Assembly (NCBI GenBank): GCA_041749395.1
Contig: JBGTBJ010000096.1
Span: 111-64,110, forward strand
Reading direction: 5' to 3'
DNA length: 64,000 bases
Origin: Pirellulaceae bacterium
GTDB taxonomy: Bacteria; Planctomycetota; Planctomycetia; Pirellulales; Pirellulaceae
Below, piece by piece: positions 8,349 to 18,233 of the stretch. Under the pieces are notes generated by a model. That model was not told where the DNA came from, did no database searches, and saw only the letters and a list, made by a program, of their open reading frames with translations. The first letter of the stretch is position 1. Every line of letters begins with the position of its first letter. The translations under genes and the position numbers were made by a program.

Positions 8349-9968
8349 CTATTTCGTGTCGGAGATGTCGAATGGAATACTCGCTTGACCGTAGGTCTTG
8401 CCGTTGACATCTTCGATGGTTACTTCCAGACGATAGCTACCCGAGGATAATTTATCGGGGAGATGGAATTCATACGGAATGAAGTAGTCTCGACGATAGT
8501 TGTTGCAGGTTTGTTGATCGGCTGGGAGTATTTGATGGGCGACGCGTTTGCCCGTGGTGTCGTAAATTTGGTACGAACCTTGGAAGTGCGTTTCGAAGCC
8601 ATCTGTTAAAGAATCGGCCACAAAGTTCTCTACTTCCATGTAGAGAATGACCAATTGGCCCGCTTGGAATCGATTGGTTGGGAAGCGTTTAATTTGGCCG
8701 TAGTCCAGTACTTCGGTACAAAAAGCCAAGTTGCGAACTTCGAGAGCACCCGCGGAAGCGGCCAAATGATTGATGGCTTGGCGAAGTTCCGGCAGGACGG
8801 CTGCCCAGCGTCGTTCACGTACTGGATGCGACTGTGGATCGAGCATTTGCCAGAGGGCGAGCATCTGATAGTTAAGGAACTCTTGCTCGGAGGTCTTCCA
8901 GTTGGCCACAGGCTGGACCGCGTTATCGGGAGAACCCGCCAGCAGTTGCAGCGTGCGAATTGCCGCGATGTCGTGGACGTTGGTATCTGGATTCGAGTTG
9001 GCGTCGAGGCGTTTTTGAACGCGGTTGATCAGTTCAGCGAGCAGTTGTTGATCGCTAGAGGACTCGAATGAATTCAAGTTGGGTGAACTACTTGCCACAG
9101 CCTGAGGATCCGTAGCCTGAGGTCCCGTAGCCTGACGATCGGCAGCCTGAGGATCGGCAGGAACCGTCGGTGTCTGCGATGCGGCTACTGGAGGAGGTGT
9201 GGAAATAACGGGTGCTGGGGATGCTGCAAGGTCAGCGGTATTCGCTGGGACGGCAATAGCCGATGATGTTGACTCGGCCGGTGCAGCAGGAATTGGCATC
9301 GTGAACGCTGGTGGTTGGCCGAGCGCAATTGTGGTAGTCGCCGGAGTCGTGCTGTCGGGCGAGGACATGCTGGCCAATTGGACTTCCGAAGATGCGCTGG
9401 ATCTTTGGGCGTTGGCTTGTTGGTTACTGGATTGTTGGTTACTGGCTTGAGCGACCGCCCCATCGCTGGTTGAATTTTGCGGTCTTCGATCGAGTGAAGG
9501 GATAGGATCTTCGTCGATGAGCGCGCTGTTGGAGAGGTCGCGATCAGGTTCGAGCTGTTTTTGGCGCTGCGACATAGCGGCCATTTGTCGTTTGGCCAGT
9601 TCACGAATTTCTGGGCTCGCCTTGGCGTAGGCTTCCTCCAGCATTCGTTCCTCTTCGCTTGAAAGTGGCGGAGAGTCATTCGCCTGATCGCCAAACGACA
9701 GCGAGACGCCGGATGAGGATTTTGCAGTGGCAGACCCATTGCTACCCCTTGTGGCTTTGGCGGAGCCATCGGCGATTTTATTGCTGGTCTGTGCGAGGCC
9801 GAGAGCGCCGCCCAGGCGAGACTGAGGTGAATCGGCACGCTTTCCATAGCTGTTGGAATTTGGCTCCATTTGCACTTGTGCATCGGAGAACGTATTTCGA
9901 CAGCCAATGGCTAAGAGCGAAATTCCGCAAAGGGTCAGCGATAGAAATGGGTTGTGTTTGCGGTGCAT
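8349..9968 (-). CDS. Hypothetical lipoprotein: long Ser/Ala/Pro/Gln-rich linker, helical domain and C-terminal Ig-like domain
   Basis: Lipobox LAIG-C at residue 23. C-terminal beta-sandwich pattern (LEVRNLAFC...GSYRLEVTIED...ASIPFDI). Confidence 0.75.
   Translation of the reverse strand: MHRKHNPFLSLTLCGISLLAIGCRNTFSDAQVQMEPNSNSYGKRADSPQSRLGGALGLAQTSNKIADGSAKATRGSNGSATAKSSSGVSLSFGDQANDSPPLSSEEERMLEEAYAKASPEIRELAKRQMAAMSQRQKQLEPDRDLSNSALIDEDPIPSLDRRPQNSTSDGAVAQASNQQSSNQQANAQRSSASSEVQLASMSSPDSTTPATTTIALGQPPAFTMPIPAAPAESTSSAIAVPANTADLAASPAPVISTPPPVAASQTPTVPADPQAADRQATGPQATDPQAVASSSPNLNSFESSSDQQLLAELINRVQKRLDANSNPDTNVHDIAAIRTLQLLAGSPDNAVQPVANWKTSEQEFLNYQMLALWQMLDPQSHPVRERRWAAVLPELRQAINHLAASAGALEVRNLAFCTEVLDYGQIKRFPTNRFQAGQLVILYMEVENFVADSLTDGFETHFQGSYQIYDTTGKRVAHQILPADQQTCNNYRRDYFIPYEFHLPDKLSSGSYRLEVTIEDVNGKTYGQASIPFDISDTK
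9099..9158. repeat. 4 x 15-bp in-frame tandem repeat (ADPQA/ADRQA/TGPQA/TDPQA)
   Basis: Units AGCCTGAGGATCCGT, AGCCTGAGGTCCCGT, AGCCTGACGATCGGC, AGCCTGAGGATCGGC. Confidence 0.85.
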
Positions 9969-10108
9969 CCTTGCCTCACGCCAAGTCGTGTAGAAATACA
10001 GACGAGACGAAGGTTAGGAAAAAACTCAAGTTCGCGGCAAGACCAGACGAGCGTGATTCCAGTCTAGAACCAAAAGAAGTGGGGCTTTGTCTAGATTAAG
10101 GGCTGAGC

Positions 10109-10141
10109 ATAGTCGCCTTTCGCGGAGCAAAAGGCAACTAT
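10109..10141. repeat. REP-like palindrome, collapsed form
   Basis: ATAGTCGCCTTTCGCGGAGCAAAAGGCAACTAT combines the left arm of the 30910 element with the right arm of its inverted copy. It lies 7 bp after the DUF11 gene stop. Confidence 0.75.
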
Positions 10142-10148
10142 TTGCTTA

Positions 10149-11579
10149 TTAGCGAACGCGGCAGCGGAAGCGAATAATTGCGGCTTCACCCACTTCGAAA
10201 TCGTCGGTGAAGTTCCAAGTGAGCTGCAGGGAACCTCCGTCGTTTTCTTGTGTGGAGAATGAGGCACCCTTCGTACAGGTCTGGCTATCCGCGATGTATT
10301 CCAGACGAGTGGTGAGGTTATCCGTCAAGACGACATTATCGATCGGACCGAGACCCGTGTTATCGACACGCAACACGAAAGTCACGATATCACCCACTTG
10401 GGCACTGTGTTGATCGGCAAGCTTGATAATGCGAAGCTTACCATTGGGTAGATCGTAGGTTGTAAATCCTTCGGCTGCGATGTCGCGAGTGGCCACGATG
10501 GCCTGGGCTTGATCCACAACGACTTGAGGCGAGTCTTTCATCGACCAAGCGATAGCAGCCGCAGCGCCCTTGGCCAGCCAAGGACGATCGTTGTCTTTCA
10601 ACACACCGTCGCTGACGATCGACAGGTTTGCCAGAGCGGCTGCTTTCTGGGCAGACATTTCCAGAGAAACCACGTTATCCACAGGAACACCCAAGTCACG
10701 AGCACGAAGGGCGTCCGGGCCTTTGGCAAATTCGCGTTGACGGGGTTCGACGGGGTTCATCACCGCGCTGCTAGGCTGAGGTGCGAAGATATCGGTAGGT
10801 CCGTCGGGACGTTCCAAGCCAATGGGTCCCTGAGCGAGCGCATCGGTAGCGATTCCGGAGACTCGTCGCACCGAGGCAAAGCGAGGCGCATAGATGCATA
10901 CTCGATTACTCTCTGTTACATGGACTCCGCCGTCGGCAGTTTCGTATTTGACGACCGTATCTTCCATGCCGAGTCCATTGAAGGAATCGTCATTGCGGAC
11001 TCGAGCTAAAGGTAACGCATCGCCACCATCGCAGAGGAACTCTTGCGGATCGAGCCCGAAGGTGGACATGGGAGGGAGTGTCGGATAGATCGGACCGCAC
11101 GAGTTACAGCAACCGGAAGTGCAACCCGAGCCATGTGGGCCTCGCGGAGGACAGCCGGTGGTGGGTGGCGCTGTGAAGCCGCGAGAAATTGCCGGCATGC
11201 CCTGCTGGGTGGGCGCGAGTCTTGGCAGGTGCCCGATGTGCGAGGCTTGTTGAACCTCGCTGTTCGTGCCCGCTGGCTGAGTCGTGCCCGCTTGCTGAGT
11301 CATGTAAGTTACCGGTGTGACATCATCCACCGGATTGCCATTCGCCACAGGTGCTGCGGGCGCGTTTGGTGCTGCGGGCGCGTTGCTGTTTAACTGCAGC
11401 GAGTTTGCCTGATTGAGGGGCATTGCCGGCAGGGCGCAACCTGAGATCGAGACGCAGGCAGCGAGTGAGACGCAGCCAATACGTGATGCACCGCTTAGCA
11501 CCATTGCCAGCGCCTTGGCAAGCGTGCATGCGGAGGCGCTCTGAAGATTTTGTTTCATGGCGAATGGCATGGTAGTCAA
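10149..11579 (-). CDS. DUF11 domain-containing lipoprotein
   Basis: Possible start 11504 (MVLSGASRIGCVSLAACVSISG-C). C-terminal DUF11 motif AQVGDIVTFVLRVDNTGLGPIDNVVLTDNLTTRLEYIADS. Cys cluster GCTSGCCNSCGP. Confidence 0.8.
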   Translation of the reverse strand: MTTMPFAMKQNLQSASACTLAKALAMVLSGASRIGCVSLAACVSISGCALPAMPLNQANSLQLNSNAPAAPNAPAAPVANGNPVDDVTPVTYMTQQAGTTQPAGTNSEVQQASHIGHLPRLAPTQQGMPAISRGFTAPPTTGCPPRGPHGSGCTSGCCNSCGPIYPTLPPMSTFGLDPQEFLCDGGDALPLARVRNDDSFNGLGMEDTVVKYETADGGVHVTESNRVCIYAPRFASVRRVSGIATDALAQGPIGLERPDGPTDIFAPQPSSAVMNPVEPRQREFAKGPDALRARDLGVPVDNVVSLEMSAQKAAALANLSIVSDGVLKDNDRPWLAKGAAAAIAWSMKDSPQVVVDQAQAIVATRDIAAEGFTTYDLPNGKLRIIKLADQHSAQVGDIVTFVLRVDNTGLGPIDNVVLTDNLTTRLEYIADSQTCTKGASFSTQENDGGSLQLTWNFTDDFEVGEAAIIRFRCRVR

Positions 11580-11594
11580 CGCTTGAAGGGCGAC

Positions 11595-12494
11595 TTAAGG
11601 GGTTAATAAGGAAGGAACGCCATCGACGGTCAGCGATGGAGTCGCGGCAGGCATCCGAGGAATTTCTAACCAAGGAGCGCTACCCAAAAGGAATTGATCG
11701 AGTTGTTGAGGGTCGCTCGGTGGAATGCGCGATCCAATGCGTAGTACGGCAACGGGGCGACCCAAGCGATCGGCTTCATGCAAGGGATCCGCATCGGAAC
11801 GCACGTCGATACTGCGCTGCGATTGGGGCGCATCTGCTAAAGGAAGCGCGGTTTGTGGATCTTCTAAGTAGATCACTCGCGTCACCAATCGACCGTCAAG
11901 TGCTTGCGCCAAGTCATCTGCATCGAGGTGAACCGGAATGGGAAAGGCAACTTCTTGTCCGGGCGGCGGATAAATGCGGTCAATCACTTCGATAGTGGGA
12001 AAGAGTTCCACACCGGGTTGATTGGGAATGTTAGTTACTTGAAAGCGATAGACGCCGCCAACCATCAGTCCAGCCGCATAGGGCTGTGATTGAGGAGGCA
12101 TAAAAGTGCCATTGGCGGCCAGCGCGATAGAAGCGCCCTGGGGTGCATGAATGCGAACAGGTTGGTAGTAGCCTTGCAGAGGACGGCGTTGCATCAAGCC
12201 AATTTGTCCCAAGGCACCAGGCGGCATATCGCCATTGACCAGGAAATGCGCGGGACGTGAAGGGGCCGTGTATTGTCCCTGGGCCTGCTTATTGAACGCA
12301 ACAACGCAAGCCATTGCAGCGAACATGGCGAACGATTCTTTCCAGCGACGGAGTGGTCGTTGCATGATGAGCCTTGAGTTGCAGAGTCGGTTCAAAGAAG
12401 CAAATAGTGAAAGCGGGAAGAAAAAACGGCCGGGATCGAATTCACTTTCGCAAAATCGTTCCCGGCCGTGGATTCGTGGTTCAGTCGAGTCCAA
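11595..12494 (-). CDS. Secreted hypothetical protein, paralogue of the adjacent 404-aa lipoprotein
   Basis: Likely start 12365 (MQRPLRRW...QAQGQ signal peptide). Shares GVEL(F/Y)PTIE...VT(R/K)VIYL(E/P)DP...DP..EADR.G...A.LRIG with ORF 12509..13723. Confidence 0.75.
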   Translation of the reverse strand: MDSTEPRIHGRERFCESEFDPGRFFFPLSLFASLNRLCNSRLIMQRPLRRWKESFAMFAAMACVVAFNKQAQGQYTAPSRPAHFLVNGDMPPGALGQIGLMQRRPLQGYYQPVRIHAPQGASIALAANGTFMPPQSQPYAAGLMVGGVYRFQVTNIPNQPGVELFPTIEVIDRIYPPPGQEVAFPIPVHLDADDLAQALDGRLVTRVIYLEDPQTALPLADAPQSQRSIDVRSDADPLHEADRLGRPVAVLRIGSRIPPSDPQQLDQFLLGSAPWLEIPRMPAATPSLTVDGVPSLLTP

Positions 12495-12508
12495 CGAGCG
12501 GAGACCGC

Positions 12509-13723
12509 TTAGTGGACTGGCTGACTCATGTGTTCGTAACCAGGTCGTCCGAGTGGAACACCGGGATGGATGTTCTGTTCGGTGATATGGACACGGCTAG
12601 CAGGTTGTGGATAGCTCATCCCTGGATTCTGGCGAACGCCAATTTTCACAGTTTCGGTTGGGCGTGGCAGATTCATTGGCGTGTGATTCTTGATCACATG
12701 CTTTTGAAGACCTGCGGGAACTCCCAACGGGATGTGTGGTGGTCCGGGAAGCCCGATGGGTGTGCCACTCATCGGCATACCATACATCGGAGCGGTCATT
12801 CCAGCGACTTGACCGGGCAGACTTGGTGGCATGCCTGCAGGTCCACCCATCATCCCAGGTCCAGGACCCATACCGCCACCGCAGATTTCGCTGCATGGTG
12901 CAAAGGGTATTGGTAAACCGGGGACAACTGGAACGCCGAAGCCACCAGCGAGACCTGGTTCGCCACCGGTTGTTCCAGACATCTCGATGTCTTTATCACC
13001 GATGCGAAGGATCGCCAGAATGGAACCGCGACGGTCCGCTTCTTCGATGGGATCGACCCCTGGTTCCAAGCGAGTGCTCACCAAAGTGTCAATTCCAGCC
13101 AAAGCAGGTCCGGCAAATTCCGGATCGGGCAGATAGATAACTTTCGTAACAAAGTTACCTGTCAGCACTTGATCAATGTCTTCGTCGGTGAAGTCGACAG
13201 GGATCGAGTTATGAGCGAGATATGCACCCGTACGAGGTGTGGCAGGTGCCAATTCAATCGTCGGGTAGAGTTCGACCCCTTCTTGACCCACGATGTCGGT
13301 CAGCTTGAGGCGATACAGGCCACCTTGCGGAAAGTTCTGGCGAGCTGGCACGACGAGCGCTTCGCTATCGAACTGGCCGGAGCCCGTCGCGTTATAGCGA
13401 ATCATCATCGATTCAGGATTTCTAAACGTTACTTGCACGGTGGGGGGAGCCGACGGCATCATTGCGCCGTAAGCACCACCATCCATGCCGCCGCCGGGAT
13501 AACCACATGGGGCGCCGCCCATGAGTCCATCTCCGACCATTCCACCGGCCATTCCTGGGCCGTAAGCAGGCGCTCCAAGGACGCCGGGGCCTGGGCCGCC
13601 GACTCCTGGACCGGGTTCCATTAATCGTTGTTCTGGTGGCAGGTTGTGGCGGACCGGCGCGCATCCGGTAGCCATGACCGTTGCCGCGACGCAGAGCAGC
13701 TTCGTGGTCAGTCGCATTGTCAT
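12509..13723 (-). CDS. Pro/Gly/Met-rich hypothetical lipoprotein
   Basis: Signal MTMRLTTKLLCVAATVMATG-C. Central globular domain paralogous to ORF 11595..12494, flanked by Gly/Pro/Met-rich arms. Confidence 0.8.
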   Translation of the reverse strand: MTMRLTTKLLCVAATVMATGCAPVRHNLPPEQRLMEPGPGVGGPGPGVLGAPAYGPGMAGGMVGDGLMGGAPCGYPGGGMDGGAYGAMMPSAPPTVQVTFRNPESMMIRYNATGSGQFDSEALVVPARQNFPQGGLYRLKLTDIVGQEGVELYPTIELAPATPRTGAYLAHNSIPVDFTDEDIDQVLTGNFVTKVIYLPDPEFAGPALAGIDTLVSTRLEPGVDPIEEADRRGSILAILRIGDKDIEMSGTTGGEPGLAGGFGVPVVPGLPIPFAPCSEICGGGMGPGPGMMGGPAGMPPSLPGQVAGMTAPMYGMPMSGTPIGLPGPPHIPLGVPAGLQKHVIKNHTPMNLPRPTETVKIGVRQNPGMSYPQPASRVHITEQNIHPGVPLGRPGYEHMSQPVH

Positions 13724-13942
13724 CCGTTCCCCCTATGGTCGCAGCCATCTATGGCAGCGGTGCGTTGGCTTTCCCGATGCAAAATCGATCGGTGGCGATT
13801 GGACCGGGCCGATTCGCCTGGACCGACCAGCGGCTCGTCCCTAGAATCCGACCCGCAGGTGCGAGAGCGTCATCTATCATCGCCACGGTCAGCATCGGCA
13901 CATCAACACGCAAATCTTTGGAAAAACCGGCATAACCGGCCT

Positions 13943-14968
13943 ATGAGTACCAAACGACACCAACCGATCAATCCCTGCCCCCGTTACAGTCTGCTGGACA
14001 GAGTGCGGAAAAAAGCACACCAAATCGTGGTTTGTGCGTTTTTGTTCAGCGCCTTGGCAACACTGCCACTTGTTTCCATTGGCTGGGATAATTCCAAGCC
14101 GGCCGCTAGTAGACATGACGCTAAGGAGGGTGGTGCTGATTCATCCTCTAGTGGTGGCGGTGTGGCGTTCGATGGGGGTAACGAGTTTGCGGCGGAGTCG
14201 ACAAGTGGCGCGAATGCCTCGGCGCGTGCGGCTCAAGTGGTAGTCAAAAAAATCATGGAGCTACTCACTTTAGGGCCTCCGTTTGAAGCAAAGCTTCGTC
14301 AGCGAGTTTGGGCAGCAGGTCGCGAAGTCGTGGAGGTGGGGCGGTACGAGCAAGCGGGGCAGGGGACAGGCTGGTTTCGGATGGAATTGCAGGTGCCCAT
14401 CGCCGATGGCAAGGGACGATGGCAGCAAACGTGCGATGGGAGGCTCGCTTGGACGCGCGAAGAATTAGCGGACGAGGTTCATTACCGTCGCGTCGATGTT
14501 GGTCGCCTGGACGAATTGTTACCCGCCAATTATCCGTCGCTCCTCGTTCCCAGGTTGCGGGTGGGGGGGCTAGCCGAAATTATGGACCGGTTGGCTGCCG
14601 AGTATCAACTGGTGCTCTCCGAGGGGCATATCGAAGACGTACCTATGTTGGTGCTGAAAGGATCGATGCGCGAGGAAGTCTTAGAAACACTTGTGCCACC
14701 TGGGGGTGGAAAAATATCGGAGTTGATACCGCAGCAAGTTCGCATTGCTATTCCTGCTGCACGTATCGACACTCCGTTGCCCACGCGAATCGAATTTTGG
14801 ACAGCAGCGGGAGGCAAGTTGATTAGTCTTTTGGAGATCTACGACATGACCAGCATTGAACCGCCGCCCATCGAGCGTTTTCGATTCGATTTTCAGTTTG
14901 AACCGGGTGGCACTGACCCGGTCATTGAAACGGAGTTGTACGTGCAGCGTTTTGGGCTAGGCTCGTAA
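13943..14968 (+). CDS. Exported hypothetical protein with possible LolA/LppX-like fold
   Basis: ORF 13628..14968, likely start ATG 13943. Hydrophobic segment IVVCAFLFSALATLPLVSIG. FEAKLRQRV...G.Y.Q...FRMEL...QQTCDGRLAWT resembles the LolA-like strand pattern. Confidence 0.55.
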   Translation: MSTKRHQPINPCPRYSLLDRVRKKAHQIVVCAFLFSALATLPLVSIGWDNSKPAASRHDAKEGGADSSSSGGGVAFDGGNEFAAESTSGANASARAAQVVVKKIMELLTLGPPFEAKLRQRVWAAGREVVEVGRYEQAGQGTGWFRMELQVPIADGKGRWQQTCDGRLAWTREELADEVHYRRVDVGRLDELLPANYPSLLVPRLRVGGLAEIMDRLAAEYQLVLSEGHIEDVPMLVLKGSMREEVLETLVPPGGGKISELIPQQVRIAIPAARIDTPLPTRIEFWTAAGGKLISLLEIYDMTSIEPPPIERFRFDFQFEPGGTDPVIETELYVQRFGLGS

Positions 14969-15011
14969 TTCCTTCTTGAACCACTACTTTTGAAAACGAG
15001 TTACCCCTTCG

Positions 15012-15944
15012 ATGGACCTGCAAGCTTGGGCCCGCCTGGTCCGAATTCCCAATGTGTTTACGGTCCTGGCCGATGTGTCTGCGGCGCACTTGTTAGTGTC
15101 GCATGGTGGGCAAGTTTGGCCGCGGTGGTTGTGTGTAGTGCTCGCCGGAGTCTGTCTTTACTGGGCGGGCATGATCTTCAATGATCTTTGGGATATTGAC
15201 CAGGATCGCCGCGAACGTCCGGGACGTCCGCTACCCAGTGGACAGATCACGATGGCAGCAGCCCGTCGCGCCGGAGTGGTGTTGTTGATCCTGGGAATAG
15301 GCTGCGCAACCCTAAGTGGTTTGATACCCGTCTCTGGAATGGCCCCGAATTATCGACCATTGATTGTTAGTTTGGTTTTGGCCGCGGCTATTTTGTTGTA
15401 TGACGGGCCACTGAAGCAAACCGCTCTGGCTCCTGCCGTCATGGGATTTTGCCGAATGCTGAGTTTTCTAATGGGCGCATCGACGGTATCGGCGGCCGAG
15501 ACAACTTTTCCGGATTACGTCTGGGCCGCCGCGTTAGGTTTTGGAATCTATGTGATGGGAGTGACGCTGGTGGCACGCCGAGAAGCGGGTGAATCGCTGC
15601 ACGGCCAGATCGCCATTGGCTTAGTTGTTTTGATTGCGGGACTGATCATGATGGCTTGGTCACCTCGCATGGCGCCTTTGGATGCAGGGATGCGTTACCA
15701 GGGAGATTGGCGATTCTCCGTCTTGATTGGGATGCTAGGAGTGACCGTGGTGGTTCGCGTTGTCCGCTTGCTGGGCGACGCTGAGCCTCGAGCGGTGCAG
15801 ATGGCGGTGAAGACGGCCCTGCTAACTTTGATTCCGTTGGCCGCCTCTTTTGCATTGCTGGGGGCGGGAACGATCTATGGCCTGGGGGTATTTTCGTTGA
15901 TTGTGCCAGCCACCCTCATCTCGGCAAAATTCCGCATGACCTAG
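15012..15944 (+). CDS. UbiA family prenyltransferase (EboC-like)
   Basis: LVRIPNVFTVLADV start, Asp-rich motif FNDLWDIDQDRRERPGRPLPSG, LLYDGPLK, and multiple TM helices. Confidence 0.88.
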   Translation: MDLQAWARLVRIPNVFTVLADVSAAHLLVSHGGQVWPRWLCVVLAGVCLYWAGMIFNDLWDIDQDRRERPGRPLPSGQITMAAARRAGVVLLILGIGCATLSGLIPVSGMAPNYRPLIVSLVLAAAILLYDGPLKQTALAPAVMGFCRMLSFLMGASTVSAAETTFPDYVWAAALGFGIYVMGVTLVARREAGESLHGQIAIGLVVLIAGLIMMAWSPRMAPLDAGMRYQGDWRFSVLIGMLGVTVVVRVVRLLGDAEPRAVQMAVKTALLTLIPLAASFALLGAGTIYGLGVFSLIVPATLISAKFRMT

Positions 15945-16159
15945 CGAGACCAGCATGTCCTGGCAAGATTCTGCAGATTTTGTCAGGTGCATGGTTTGTA
16001 GCAATGATTCAAACGCATGTAAACTTTACAAAAAGACTGGACCCTCTGGCTGGGTTGTGCATAGGATAACATGCACAAGAAAAATAATTGTAAAACTCAG
16101 CTAGAAGGGAGTGGGTTGGGTGTAGGGGGTGGTTCCATCAGGCGGTCCCATAAGACTAG

Positions 16160-16432
16160 GTGCGATTGATGTGGGAACTGTTGTCAATGCCGACAGTGCA
16201 GGCTGTACTCAGTGTACTGGTCCTATGCATCTTGATTGCAGTTGGATTTTGGCTTGTGTCAAGCTTTCGGGATCGCAACACCGATGACCGGTTCACCCCT
16301 GCAGAACTGCTGGCAAACTTCGAAGAAATGCACCGGGAAGGTGACATTAGCGGGACGGAATTCCGAACTATAAAAGCGTCGATGGCTCGGCTTCAGGAAG
16401 TTCCACGGGCTGACAAAGGCGAAGCGGGCTAG
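16160..16432 (+). CDS. Small single-pass membrane protein with SHOCT-like C-terminus
   Basis: TM helix VQAVLSVLVLCILIAVGFWLV followed by ELLANFEEMHREGDISGTEFRTIK (SHOCT-like L..L...G.I...EF...K). Confidence 0.65.
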   Translation: MRLMWELLSMPTVQAVLSVLVLCILIAVGFWLVSSFRDRNTDDRFTPAELLANFEEMHREGDISGTEFRTIKASMARLQEVPRADKGEAG

Positions 16433-16777
16433 ATAATCCGCTTGGTCTGCGTTGTGCCGAATGGAGTGGTTGTGTTGCCAATGCCTTTGATAACCCGGAA
16501 TGATAATGGAGCAATCCAAAGGCCTCTGTTAGGTCGATGATCTGCCTAGCAAAGGACCATTGGTCCAAGATTTGCCTGTTAGGAGTTCGGGTCTGGATTG
16601 ACCCTGATTAAATCTTGTCGTTCGAAACTCCTGGTCCCACCAACCCAAGAGTTTAGAAGACAGACAAGTTACTTATATTTGTACCCACGATCGGCTCGAG
16701 CTTCGCGGACACGGAAGGCCCGGATTTTGCATTCGAGTTGTGGACATCCCAGTCGCAATCACAGCAAGGAGTCGTGT

Positions 16778-18067
16778 ATGTCCTCGAAGGAAGTTACCGG
16801 TGGTCGTCGCAGTAGTGGGACGACTAAAAAGAACGCGTTCTGTTCGTTTTGTCGAAAGAGCTATCGGGATGTCGGACCCTTGGTCGAAGGACCGGGCGAC
16901 GTTTACATATGCGGTGAGTGTATCGAGCTGTGCCAATCCATCTTGGATCAGGAACAGAAGCGACGTGGGCCATCGAAAAATCTATTTGAGACGATCCCTT
17001 CGCCGCGAGAAATTGCTGCCCACTTGGATCAATATGTGATTGGTCAAGGTCTAGCCAAGCGAGTGTTAGCGGTGGCAGTTCACAACCACTACAAGCGGCT
17101 GAATTCCGAATGGAGTGGCGCAGGTGATGTAGAGATTGAGAAGAGTAACATCTTGTTGGTTGGTCCGACGGGAAGTGGCAAGACCCTGTTGGCTCGCTCG
17201 CTGGCTCGGATGTTGAATGTGCCGTTCGCTATCGGTGACGCGACCACGTTGACCGAAGCGGGTTACGTTGGTGAAGACGTCGAAAATCTGTTGCTGAAGT
17301 TGCTCCATGCGGCTGACTTCGATCTCGAAGCGGCTCAGCGCGGGATTCTTTACATCGACGAAGTTGACAAGATTGGTAAGACGAGCCAAAACGTCAGTAT
17401 CACTCGGGACGTCTCGGGTGAAGGTGTTCAGCAATCGTTGTTGAAGATGTTGGAAGGGACCGTCGCAAACGTGCCACCCCAAGGCGGCAGAAAGCATCCC
17501 GAGCAACAGTACATTCAGATGGACACTAGCAACATCCTCTTCATCTGCGGTGGCACGTTCTCCGGCATTGACGAGATTGTTCGCAAGCGACTTGGTAAGC
17601 GAATGCTCGGTTTTGCCAGTGGCGAAGGCTATCGTAATGATTCAGACGTAGCAGAGCTGATGACTCACGTCACCACCGACGATGTGTTGCAGTACGGCTT
17701 AATTCCTGAATTGGTGGGGCGATTGCCGGTGGTTAGCTACTTGCAACCGTTGGATGAAGATGGCCTCATTCGCGTATTGCGAGAACCTAAGAACGCCATC
17801 ACTAAGCAATTCGAAGCATTATTCCAAATGGAAGACTGCAAACTGGAGTTCACCGATCCAGCACTCCGCGTGATCGCTCAACGAGCGCTCGAGCGAGGTG
17901 TAGGTGCGCGTGGTTTACGCGGTATTCTCGAAGAAGTGATGTTGGACATCATGTACGATCTGCCCGACCAAGAACGTGGCAGCACCTACGTGATTGATGA
18001 AACCGTGGTCACAGGGAGTCGTCGGCTGTTTACGATGCCGCCGAAGCCCCAAACCAAGAGTGCCTAA
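16778..18067 (+). CDS. clpX: ATP-dependent Clp protease ATP-binding subunit ClpX
   Basis: ORF 16598..18067, start ATG 16778 after an AAGGAG RBS. Zn finger CSFC...CGEC, Walker [29 protein letters not shown], and LGF loop. Confidence 0.97.
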   Translation: MSSKEVTGGRRSSGTTKKNAFCSFCRKSYRDVGPLVEGPGDVYICGECIELCQSILDQEQKRRGPSKNLFETIPSPREIAAHLDQYVIGQGLAKRVLAVAVHNHYKRLNSEWSGAGDVEIEKSNILLVGPTGSGKTLLARSLARMLNVPFAIGDATTLTEAGYVGEDVENLLLKLLHAADFDLEAAQRGILYIDEVDKIGKTSQNVSITRDVSGEGVQQSLLKMLEGTVANVPPQGGRKHPEQQYIQMDTSNILFICGGTFSGIDEIVRKRLGKRMLGFASGEGYRNDSDVAELMTHVTTDDVLQYGLIPELVGRLPVVSYLQPLDEDGLIRVLREPKNAITKQFEALFQMEDCKLEFTDPALRVIAQRALERGVGARGLRGILEEVMLDIMYDLPDQERGSTYVIDETVVTGSRRLFTMPPKPQTKSA

Positions 18068-18102
18068 TGCACAAGAGTGCCTAATGGGCAGGTTTGCCTA
18101 AT
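18055..18102 (+). repeat. 17-bp-period duplication that includes the clpX stop codon
   Basis: CAAGAGTGCCTAATG at 18055 and 18072, plus a partial TGCCTAAT at 18095. Confidence 0.8.
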
Positions 18103-18140
18103 AGGTTTAGACACAACACGCTAAGATCGCTCAATATGCC

Positions 18141-18174
18141 AAGCGGGGGACAAACGTTGTCCCTCGCTTTTTTT
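18141..18174 (+). terminator. Rho-independent terminator after clpX
   Basis: GCGGGGGACAA-ACG-TTGTCCCTCGC stem followed by TTTTTTT. Confidence 0.75.
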
Positions 18175-18180
18175 AGTTGG

Positions 18181-18222
18181 CTACCAAAACACTGCTACCA
18201 AAACACTGCTAACAAAACATTG
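18181..18222. repeat. 3 x 14-bp intergenic tandem repeat
   Basis: CTACCAAAACACTG twice, then CTAACAAAACATTG. Confidence 0.85.
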
Positions 18223-18233
18223 CCACCAGCGCG

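Noticed and set aside
18055-18222. Short repeats after clpX as a possible CRISPR remnant
   Set aside because: The units are 14-17 bp, directly tandem, with no spacers and no cas genes.
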